Assembly (NCBI GenBank): GCA_964354495.1
Contig: CAYHAA010000022.1
Span: 1 to 31,002, forward strand
DNA: 31,002 bases
From: an uncultured archaeon
GTDB lineage: Archaea > Asgardarchaeota > Thorarchaeia > Thorarchaeales > Thorarchaeaceae
Direction: 5' to 3'
How positions within the stretch are numbered: the stretch's first letter is position 1; every line of letters begins with the position of its first letter. A program made the translations under genes and the position numbers. A model generated the notes under the pieces. The model was not told where the DNA came from. It saw nothing but the letters and a program-made list of their open reading frames with translations, and made no database searches. Positions 7,933 through 16,048 of this stretch are shown here, in pieces.

Positions 7933-10900
7933 ATGATGCGAGTGCACTCGTGGCTCTTCATTATCTTGCTTCTGATTGCTTCTTCTTCAGCATTATTCTG
8001 CTTTCCTTTGACTTCGATTTCCTCAGGTCCCGATATTGGGGTTTCGGCACATAGTCTGATAGATGACGATGGTCAAGATCTCCAAGATGATGCTGATGTG
8101 GAGCTCAATACGATGTTCTTTGCTCAGGCAGCACCGAATGATGCTGGAATCCATTACGTCTGTCGACGAGGGGTGGATGCAATCGCGTACTTCGGGATGT
8201 CAAGAGCCTACTACTGCGTCGATAGTGTTTGGTTCACCTTGGAGTTCCCGGGTTCGAACGAGGTGATGCCAGTAGGTGAAGACCCCACGGGTTCCATCAC
8301 GAACTACCTCCTTGGGAATGACCCCAGTAAATGGAGGACTGGACTGGCTGATTGTTCAGTACTGAGATATCGAGAAATCTATCCGGGCGTCGATCTGGCC
8401 TACAGAATTCGGGATGGGTATATCAAGTACGAGTTCGTCGTGGAACCAAATGCGGACACCAGTGTCATAGCAATGAGGTACTCGGACGCAGCCACTCTGG
8501 TGGTTCGCGAGGATCGTGTTTCCGTTTCGAAGGATGGGCGTGAGATGGAAGACGCAGGACTCTGGGCATTCCAGAGAAACACAGGACTTGACGATGTCCC
8601 TTGTGCCTTCCGCGCTCATGATGGGCGTACGGTTGGGTTCTCGGTCGGGGGCTATGACACTTCACAGGAACTGGTCATCGACCCGGTCATCTTTCTAGCT
8701 TACAGTACGTTCCTGAGTGGAGCATCGAATGAAGTTGCGTATGATATTGCCGTGGAGGATGGGTCTACCTATGTCACCGGCCGAACAACGTCGTCTGGCT
8801 TCCCGACTGCCAATCCGTACGACTCGACCTACAACGGATACTACGACTGCTTCGTGACCAAGTTCGCGGCAGATGGGCAGTCCCTCGTCTACAGCACGTT
8901 CCTCGGTGGAGCATTGGGTGACTATGGGCAGGCTATTGCTGTGGAGGGTGGATGTGCCTATGTCGCCGGCTACACAATGTCCTCCGGATTCCCGACAGCC
9001 AATGCGTATGACTCCACGCTCGGTGGAAGTGGTGACTGCTTCGTGACCAAGTTCGCAGCAGATGGGCAGTCCCTGATATACAGCACGTTCCTGGGTGGTG
9101 CATCAGATGAGGACGCGTGGGGCATTGCTGTGGAGGATCGGTGTGCCTACGTCACCGGTAACACAGGTTCCTCGGACTTCCCAACCGTCAACGCATACGA
9201 CTCGACCAGCAACGGAAGGGACTGCTTCGTGACCAAGTTCGCGGCAGATGGGCAGTCCCTGATATACAGCACGTTCTTGGGTGGAGCATTGGATGACTAT
9301 GGGCAGGGTATTGCTGTCGAGGATGCGTGTGCCTATGTCGCCGGCTACACAATGTCCTCCGGATTCCCGACAGCCAATGCGTATGACTCCACGCTCGGTG
9401 GAAGTGGTGACTGCTTCGTGACCAAGTTCGCGGCAGATGGGCAGTCTCTCGTCTACAGCACGTTCCTCGGAGGCTCGGACGACTACCACGATAGCGCATA
9501 CGCGATAGCAGTGGAGAACGGCCTCGCCTATGTCACGGGCGACACATACTCCTCCGACTTTCCGACTGCCAACGCCTATGACTCGACACTCGATGGAATG
9601 TACGACTGCTTCGTGACCAAGTTCGCGGCAGATGGGCAGTCTCTCGTCTACAGCACGTTCCTCGGTGGCACTGGTGCAGAAAAAGGAAACGGCATTGCCG
9701 TCGAGAGCGGCCGCGTCTACGTCACCGGTACCACAGTTTCCTCTGACTTCCCAGCCATCAACGCATACGACTCGACCCTCAACGGACCCCAAGACTGCTT
9801 CGTGACGGAGTTTGCGGCCGACGGACAGTCATTGATCTACAGCACGTATCTTGGGGGAGCAGCGCCTGACTGGGGATATGGTATAGCTGCAGAAAGTGAA
9901 TGTGCCTACGTCACAGGCTGGACACAGTCCTCCGACTTCCCGACAGCCAACGCGTACAACTCGACCTATGGCGGGGGTGAGGACTGCTTCGTGTCTGTGC
10001 TCTCTCATGATAGTGACATGGATGGCTCACTGGACTGGGATGAAGCGAGATACGGGACAGACCCGTTCTGCATCGATACGGACAACGACAACTTTCTCGA
10101 TGGGTACGAGGTGGCCCATGGTTCGGACCCTCTCGACCCAGACTTCTACCCCGGAATGCCCTACGACATCGCTTACAGCTCCTATCTTGGCGGTTCATCT
10201 GATGATACGGCTGAGGACATTGCAGTGGAAGGCGGATACGTCTATCTCACGGGCATGACAAGCTCAGCTGACTTCTCGACAGTGAACGCGTTCAACGCAA
10301 CCCACGGTGGGGCGGGGGATGTGTTCATAGTCTGTTTTGCTTTCGATTGTAGAACCATAGTCTACAGCACGTTCTTGGGCGGAGCATCAGACGACTATGG
10401 GTTTGGCATCGCCGTGGAGGCTAGCTGTGTCTACGTCACGGGCTTCACGCTCTCCTCCGACTTCCCGACCATCAACGCGTATGACTCGACACTCGATGGA
10501 GGCGTTGACTGCTTCGTGACCAAATTTGCAGCTGATGGACGGGCCCTCGTGTACAGCACGTTTCTGGGTGGAAATTGGGGCGAACGTGGGTGTGACATTG
10601 CTGTGCAGGGCGGGTGTGCCTACGTCACCGGCTACACAGAGGCATCTGGATTCCCGATCGTCAGCGCCTTCGACTCGACCGCCAACGGAGGTTACGACTG
10701 CTTCGTGACAAAATTCGGAGCAGATGGCCAGTCCCTCGTCTACAGCACTTACCTAGGTGGAGCATCAGATGACACTGCGTATAGCATCACTGTGGAAACT
10801 GGGTATGCCTATGTCACCGGCTACACGTTTTCCTCTAGCTTCCCGACCATCAACGCGTATGACTCGACTTACAACGGAGGAGACGACTGCTTCGTGACGA

Positions 10901-12384
10901 AGTTCGCGGCTGATGGGCATTCTCTCGTCTACAGCACGTTCCTCGGCGGGTCATCGGGTGAGGCAGGAATTGGCATTGCTGTGGAGAGTGGTTGTGCCTA
11001 TGTCACAGGTGGCACCACTTCCTCGAAATTTCCGACCGTCAACGCCTATGACTCGACACTCGATGGAGGTCTTGACTGCTTCGTGACCAAGTTCGCAGCT
11101 GATGGACGGTCCCTCGTGTACAGCACTTTCCTAGGTGGAGATCAGTACGACTTAGGGAACGGTATCGCAGTTGAGAATGGATACGCCTATGCCACTGGTC
11201 AGACCAGCTCGACAGACTTCCCAACGACCCTTGAAGGAACACACGGGTTGTACGACGAGTACTTTGTAACCAAGCTCTCAAAGCATGGGAGCATTATGGT
11301 CTACAGCACTTCCGCTGGTGGTGAAGGTGCCGATGCAGCAATGGGGATTGCCGTGACAGGCGGCACGGCCTATGTGACTGGTTATACTCGGTCCAGTAGA
11401 TTCCCGACGAAACTGGCTCTTGACCAATCATACGGAGGATACGGAGGGACCATGGATATCTTCATTGTAGTGGTCGACTTGGATTCTGACATGGATGGCC
11501 TCTGCGACTTCTGGGAGCGCTCTCTTGGGACGGATCCATTCTGTATCGACTCGGACTATGACAACTTCATGGATTCGTATGAAGTTGCTTACGGGTCCGA
11601 CCCCCTAGACGCGATGTCGTACCCACCCATGCCGCAGGCCTGGTACGAGGGCATCTACGAGGACCTCGATGGCAACGCGACTCTGATCCAGTACCTCATC
11701 GGATGGTCCAACGGAAACTCGACGCTGCTCCAGACGGTGATGCAGCAGTTGGATGACAATGCGACTCTACTCGAGCAAGTCATCTCGTGGCTGGACGGGA
11801 ACCATACTGCGATCGAAACGCTGTTCACCTTCGTTGATGGCAATGCGACTCTCCTGATCCAGACCGTGAACGCGGTCAATGCGAACAGCACCCAGCTCGA
11901 CCTGCTAGCGGCCCTCGTCACTCACAACGCCGAGGCACTGAGCAATCTCAATGCGACTCACATCGGTGACATCGATGACATCCGGGCAGTTCTGAACATG
12001 CTCGGAGTGACCGTTGGGGACACCGACTATGACGGCTTGGACGACCTTGAAGAGATAGCCCTCGGCACGAACATTCAGTGCATAGACACGGATTGCGACA
12101 ATCTCAATGATGCCTACGAGGTCAAGATCGGCACTGACCCGACAGACGACGACACTGATAATGACACCTACTTCGACGGTGCCGAGGTGCTTGCTGGAAC
12201 TGACCCTCTCGACTCGTTCGACTACCCCGGCAGTACTGGCACAGTCACAACGACTACCACGACGACCACGCAGCCGCCCATGGGCATTGAACTCATCATC
12301 ATCGCTGGAGCTGCTGGCTGTGTCGGGCTTGTAGTCCTGCTGGTCTTCATCAGAAGGAGGACGGGTGTAAGGTCATCATCGTGA
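7933..12384 (+). CDS. large cell-surface protein: N-terminal hydrophobic segment, DUF7948-like domain, 14 SBBP beta-propeller blades, TSP3-like Ca-binding repeats, stalk, Thr-rich linker, C-terminal TM
   Basis: ATG 7933/7936 after GGAGG; YREIYPGVDL/YEFVVEP domain; repeats YSTFLGG...IAVE...YVTG.T.S..FPT...DCFVTKF; DxDxDG repeats; TTTTTTTT; IIIAGAAGCVGLVVLLVFI-RRR anchor. Confidence 0.93.
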   Translation: MMRVHSWLFIILLLIASSSALFCFPLTSISSGPDIGVSAHSLIDDDGQDLQDDADVELNTMFFAQAAPNDAGIHYVCRRGVDAIAYFGMSRAYYCVDSVWFTLEFPGSNEVMPVGEDPTGSITNYLLGNDPSKWRTGLADCSVLRYREIYPGVDLAYRIRDGYIKYEFVVEPNADTSVIAMRYSDAATLVVREDRVSVSKDGREMEDAGLWAFQRNTGLDDVPCAFRAHDGRTVGFSVGGYDTSQELVIDPVIFLAYSTFLSGASNEVAYDIAVEDGSTYVTGRTTSSGFPTANPYDSTYNGYYDCFVTKFAADGQSLVYSTFLGGALGDYGQAIAVEGGCAYVAGYTMSSGFPTANAYDSTLGGSGDCFVTKFAADGQSLIYSTFLGGASDEDAWGIAVEDRCAYVTGNTGSSDFPTVNAYDSTSNGRDCFVTKFAADGQSLIYSTFLGGALDDYGQGIAVEDACAYVAGYTMSSGFPTANAYDSTLGGSGDCFVTKFAADGQSLVYSTFLGGSDDYHDSAYAIAVENGLAYVTGDTYSSDFPTANAYDSTLDGMYDCFVTKFAADGQSLVYSTFLGGTGAEKGNGIAVESGRVYVTGTTVSSDFPAINAYDSTLNGPQDCFVTEFAADGQSLIYSTYLGGAAPDWGYGIAAESECAYVTGWTQSSDFPTANAYNSTYGGGEDCFVSVLSHDSDMDGSLDWDEARYGTDPFCIDTDNDNFLDGYEVAHGSDPLDPDFYPGMPYDIAYSSYLGGSSDDTAEDIAVEGGYVYLTGMTSSADFSTVNAFNATHGGAGDVFIVCFAFDCRTIVYSTFLGGASDDYGFGIAVEASCVYVTGFTLSSDFPTINAYDSTLDGGVDCFVTKFAADGRALVYSTFLGGNWGERGCDIAVQGGCAYVTGYTEASGFPIVSAFDSTANGGYDCFVTKFGADGQSLVYSTYLGGASDDTAYSITVETGYAYVTGYTFSSSFPTINAYDSTYNGGDDCFVTKFAADGHSLVYSTFLGGSSGEAGIGIAVESGCAYVTGGTTSSKFPTVNAYDSTLDGGLDCFVTKFAADGRSLVYSTFLGGDQYDLGNGIAVENGYAYATGQTSSTDFPTTLEGTHGLYDEYFVTKLSKHGSIMVYSTSAGGEGADAAMGIAVTGGTAYVTGYTRSSRFPTKLALDQSYGGYGGTMDIFIVVVDLDSDMDGLCDFWERSLGTDPFCIDSDYDNFMDSYEVAYGSDPLDAMSYPPMPQAWYEGIYEDLDGNATLIQYLIGWSNGNSTLLQTVMQQLDDNATLLEQVISWLDGNHTAIETLFTFVDGNATLLIQTVNAVNANSTQLDLLAALVTHNAEALSNLNATHIGDIDDIRAVLNMLGVTVGDTDYDGLDDLEEIALGTNIQCIDTDCDNLNDAYEVKIGTDPTDDDTDNDTYFDGAEVLAGTDPLDSFDYPGSTGTVTTTTTTTTQPPMGIELIIIAGAAGCVGLVVLLVFIRRRTGVRSSS
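8692..11481 (+). repeat. intragenic repeats of ~190 bp (14 SBBP blades, 2 x 7)
   Basis: Recurring gactgcttcgtgaccaagttcgc(g/a)gcagatgggcagtc...tacagcacgttc; 8953-9056 is identical to 9328-9431 (104 bp). Confidence 0.92.
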
Positions 12385-12401
12385 GATACCTTATGTGGGA
12401 G

Positions 12402-12467
12402 CGGACACAGAAGTACTACAGGCGTACGGAGATGACGTGGCTGGCTGCGTACGCCTGCTCGTGTCCG
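12402..12467. other. intergenic stem-loop (possible terminator or structured RNA)
   Basis: cggacac (12402-8) pairs with gtgtccg (12461-7); caggcgtacg (12419-28) pairs with cgtacgcctg (12448-57); 19-nt loop. Confidence 0.45.
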
Positions 12468-12505
12468 TCGACTGAATACCTCCGGAAACCCAGAGGAGAA
12501 GCCCA

Positions 12506-13225
12506 ATGAAAAGACAGATGTTCCGCAAGGGACTCCTGTTAGTTTCATTCCTGCTTTTTCAGATGCTCTTGATATTTCACCTCTTCTTCTCGCCAGTGCT
12601 CGTCATCATCGCGGCATCTCAAGGAATAGTGAACGGCAGTCTTGTGATATTCATTCTCCTGTTCCTGTCATCCCTGTTTCTTGGCCGTGGCTTCTGTGGC
12701 TGGGTATGCCCGGGTTCAGGGCTGAACGAACTCTGTGCTGCTGCAACAAAACGCAGAGCGTCAGGTGGGAGTTTTAGGAGGGCAAAGTACGTGATCTCCG
12801 GCGTATGGCTCTCTGCAATTGCCTTGCTTGCTCTCAGGGCAGGAGGGTTCCAGTCAATCGACTTGTTCTACGGGACAGGAAGCTCCACTATCACTCAGGA
12901 ACTCATAATGTTCTTCGGTGTAATAGCTATGATTGTCCCAGCGGCGTTCCTTGTCGGAACAAGAGCAAACTGCCACTACATTTGTTGGCTGGCTCCAATC
13001 ATGATTGCAGGAACGAGCATCCGAAATCGAATTGGGTGGCCTGCCCTCCGTCTGGAGGCAAATGTGGAGATGTGTGAGCAGTGTGGAACCTGCAGCACTG
13101 TTTGTCCAATGAATCTGGATGTGATGGACAAGGTCCTAGAAGGGGATCTCTATGACAAGGAGTGCATCTTATGTGGCAGCTGCATTGATGCTTGTCCTCG
13201 GGGAGTCATCAGATATGCGCTGTGA
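12506..13225 (+). CDS. membrane 4Fe-4S binding protein (NapH/MauN-like polyferredoxin)
   Basis: Several TM helices; GRGFCGWVCPG; CHYICW; two ferredoxin motifs CEQCGTCSTVCP and CILCGSCIDACP. Confidence 0.9.
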   Translation: MKRQMFRKGLLLVSFLLFQMLLIFHLFFSPVLVIIAASQGIVNGSLVIFILLFLSSLFLGRGFCGWVCPGSGLNELCAAATKRRASGGSFRRAKYVISGVWLSAIALLALRAGGFQSIDLFYGTGSSTITQELIMFFGVIAMIVPAAFLVGTRANCHYICWLAPIMIAGTSIRNRIGWPALRLEANVEMCEQCGTCSTVCPMNLDVMDKVLEGDLYDKECILCGSCIDACPRGVIRYAL

Positions 13226-13345
13226 CTGTATAGCTTGTGAGACTGAGCAGGCAAGGGGACCATAGGCTTGGAGAGCTTGCTCGACCCAGCGATAGTGAAT
13301 GATTTAAGCTCAAGACTCCTACAATGTCAACTGAAGTGAGATCTA

Positions 13346-14179
13346 ATGGAACTGGACGTTCTTGCTCTCCGCCGCGAATACGACGGTCCTCACTGCCTGA
13401 TTACAGCCTCTGATGACCGAACACTCTTCCTTAGGACGTGGGTGCCCATCGTTCAGAAACCCAAGGACTCGGCTGTTCTCATTTTTCATGGGATAACGGC
13501 TTACAGCGGACCTTACAGAATGGTCGCCGAGCCTCTTGCAGCGCGCGGATTCCCAGTATATGGCTTGGACCTCAGAGGACACGGTCTCTCAGACGGGAAC
13601 AGAGGCGACTGCCCCAGTAGACAGAGGTTCGTCAAGGACCTTTGCGAAGCCATTGCGTTCGTCAAGAGTCGTCATCAGAAAGTAGTCCTCCTTGGTCATA
13701 GTCTTGGAGTCCTGTCCACCATAAATGCTCTGAACAACTGCCTCGAGAACATCGATGGTGCTGCTCTCTTGAGTGGCGCCCGAACTCTGAAGCCTGGTTC
13801 ATTTTCTAGCATATCAGTATTTGAGAAGCTGAGGATAGTACTCAGCTCACTCATAAGACCGAGCAAGCCAGCCCTCAACTACTGGAGGGAAGGGATGGTC
13901 GGGCGCGATGACCCACTGTTCACTTTCCGTTACACACTGCGCTTCATGAGAATAACAGCACTCAGGCAGATATCATTTCCAGAGAACATGAGTCTTCCCG
14001 TGTTTGTTGGTGTAGGCGACAGTGATGAGCTGTTCTCTGTCGAAGCCTGCAGAGAGTTGTATGATGAGGTGCCTTCCAAAGAAAAAGAGTTCCATATTGC
14101 GGCCAGTGCCAAACACGCTCAGTTTCCACCGGGCTGCTGGGACCCGCTTGTCGAATGGGCTGACAAGCATTTTAACTAG
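13346..14179 (+). CDS. alpha/beta hydrolase, lysophospholipase/monoacylglycerol lipase-like
   Basis: FHG, DLRGHGLS, GHSLG nucleophile elbow, GDSD, AKH. Confidence 0.9.
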   Translation: MELDVLALRREYDGPHCLITASDDRTLFLRTWVPIVQKPKDSAVLIFHGITAYSGPYRMVAEPLAARGFPVYGLDLRGHGLSDGNRGDCPSRQRFVKDLCEAIAFVKSRHQKVVLLGHSLGVLSTINALNNCLENIDGAALLSGARTLKPGSFSSISVFEKLRIVLSSLIRPSKPALNYWREGMVGRDDPLFTFRYTLRFMRITALRQISFPENMSLPVFVGVGDSDELFSVEACRELYDEVPSKEKEFHIAASAKHAQFPPGCWDPLVEWADKHFN

Positions 14180-14206
14180 CTTCCAAACTCACGAAACTCC
14201 TTCAAA

Positions 14207-15178
14207 TCAGTCGACACAACTACGTTCTCCAGAATCTGATGTCTTGCTGCCGGAGGGGCTTTGGAGTCGTTCAATCGCTCTGCGGCTGTCTTCTGCGAAA
14301 TTCATCCCAGCGAATTCCCGCTCTTGATTGGCCTTCGGGCTGTGAAGCAATGCTTGTTCGTATGACTCAAGTGCCTCTTTCGTCATTCCGAGTTTCTCCA
14401 GTGCTCGTCCGAGTTGGAAAAGAAGCGAATGGTTCACTGGATCGATAGTGAGACCATGTCTGAAGGCATCGCTAGCGAATATGCATCTCTCCTGCTGTAG
14501 AGCAAGGACGCCAAGGTTATAGTACGCGTTATGGTCTCTCGGATTGAAGGTAAGAGAAGCGAGGAGAAGGTTTTCGCCCTCAGGTCCAAAACCCTGTGCT
14601 GCCTTGACGAGCCCTAGGTACATCAATGCCTCCGAGTTCTGTTCTTCACGTTTCAGAACCTCAAGGGCACTCGTTTCTGCTACTCTCCAAGCCTGCAGTC
14701 TGGTTGCTGCACGGGCGGTTTCGATGAGTCTAGAAACATCGGTGCCATCAGGACTGCGCTCCCTTTCAAAGTGCGAATCAAACCTCTCTAGGATGTCATT
14801 GACAGCGTTATCGGATCCAGCAACCTGAATTTCGATGAATCGCTGACCATGTTCGGATCGAACGGCCCGAAGTTCAAGGGAGATACCTTTAGGAAGTCCG
14901 AAGCATGCGACCAGGACTTCATCTCTTGCATCACTAGTGGCTTTCGGGTCATGATGTGTTGTGTGATGAACCCTCACGCCTCTTTCAGCGTCACCATAGG
15001 CAAAACAAGTGACATCTCTCTCACACGGGACTGTTTCAGTTGTCCTCTCGGACCAGATAACAGGTGGCTTGAATTCTGAATCAAGGGCCGGTGCTACCTG
15101 AAGTGCAAAATCCACCAGAGTGACATAGTCCCCGTCAACTGCCCAATATGGTTGTATGCGCCGTCTCTGAGTATTCAT
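14207..15178 (-). CDS. tetratricopeptide repeat protein with an unrecognised N-terminal domain
   Basis: C-terminal TPRs (ALMYLG, AYYNLG, LLFQLGRALEKLG..EALESYEQAL). Confidence 0.85.
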   Translation of the reverse strand: MNTQRRRIQPYWAVDGDYVTLVDFALQVAPALDSEFKPPVIWSERTTETVPCERDVTCFAYGDAERGVRVHHTTHHDPKATSDARDEVLVACFGLPKGISLELRAVRSEHGQRFIEIQVAGSDNAVNDILERFDSHFERERSPDGTDVSRLIETARAATRLQAWRVAETSALEVLKREEQNSEALMYLGLVKAAQGFGPEGENLLLASLTFNPRDHNAYYNLGVLALQQERCIFASDAFRHGLTIDPVNHSLLFQLGRALEKLGMTKEALESYEQALLHSPKANQEREFAGMNFAEDSRRAIERLQSPSGSKTSDSGERSCVD

Positions 15179-15318
15179 AGAAACCCCAAAATCTCGTCGT
15201 GTACTCAGTGAAAAAGCTGTTGACGTGTTGCTGCAAGGCAGTCTGTATCGAGATTGAGGTATGCAATCACTTTCGTATCGATTGAATCTGCCGAACTCCG
15301 TATGGGGAAAAGTTTTAT

Positions 15319-15352
15319 TATTATATTAGTACAATATTGTACTAGTATAATA
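15319..15352. promoter_or_regulatory. palindromic operator candidate upstream of padR
   Basis: Perfect 18-bp tagtacaatattgtacta (15327-15344), extending to 34 bp with one mismatched pair; ends 20 nt before the padR ATG in an AT-rich promoter region. Confidence 0.65.
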
Positions 15353-15372
15353 CTACATTCGAGCTGCAGAGA

Positions 15373-16044
15373 ATGTTGCGAGAAAACAAGTCGGTTGAAG
15401 AGTTGCTTCCACCGACATACCTTACAGTCCTCACGCTGATTGGCGATGGTGCGAAATATGGCTATGAGATTGACAGGCTCATAGAGGACCGTGGATACAG
15501 AATGTGGGTGGACATCAGAATGCCCTCTGTCTACAAAGCCCTTAGAGAGCTGGAAGCGAAAGGCCTCATTGCAGGAGAGAAATCTGAGGCGGGTCTCAGA
15601 CCTTCGAAAAAGACATTCTGTCTGACGTCAAAAGGGCGGAAAGTCTTGAAGAGTCAAATCATGCAATGCCTGAGCAATCCGCCACGGTCTAAAACAATCT
15701 TCGATCTGGGAATGTCTGCGATGTTCCTCCTCAGTCAACAAGAGGTCCTTGACTCTTTGCATGAGCAGGTGGAGGGCATTGATAGATCCATCGGCTTTCT
15801 GCTCTCCAATACCCAAGCGATTGAAGACATCAGTCAATTACAGAAGACTGAACCTGGACGCAAGATTGGAAGTCGACCAGTGACTGACTTTCAAAGCGAC
15901 GAGCCATTAGACTTGGTCCATGCGCTATTCGATCGCCCCCGGGCTATGCTTCAATGTCGCCGTGAGTGGCTTCTTAAACTCATAAAACGTATCGAGGCTG
16001 CCCCTGAGAGGTTCGGACTACGTTCAGAAAAAGAAAGGAGATGA
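15373..16044 (+). CDS. PadR-family transcriptional regulator
   Basis: YGYEI, SVYKALRELEAKGLI, KKTFCLTSKGR winged helix plus a helical C-terminal domain. Confidence 0.92.
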   Translation: MLRENKSVEELLPPTYLTVLTLIGDGAKYGYEIDRLIEDRGYRMWVDIRMPSVYKALRELEAKGLIAGEKSEAGLRPSKKTFCLTSKGRKVLKSQIMQCLSNPPRSKTIFDLGMSAMFLLSQQEVLDSLHEQVEGIDRSIGFLLSNTQAIEDISQLQKTEPGRKIGSRPVTDFQSDEPLDLVHALFDRPRAMLQCRREWLLKLIKRIEAAPERFGLRSEKERR

Positions 16045-16048
16045 GATA

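Noticed and set aside
9103-9792. 229-aa repetitive antisense ORF
   Set aside because: It is the reverse complement of the SBBP repeats and has no independent signals.
8692-11481. CRISPR array or DGR template/variable repeats
   Set aside because: The repeats are in-frame ~63-codon protein blades without a repeat-spacer pattern. Differences are not confined to adenine positions, and no reverse transcriptase or cas gene is in the window.
12382-12467. SECIS element / selenocysteine read-through of the giant gene's TGA
   Set aside because: The hairpin lacks an AUGA/GA or GAA/A core at the stem base. The TGA follows a complete TM anchor, and read-through gives only a short non-redox tail.
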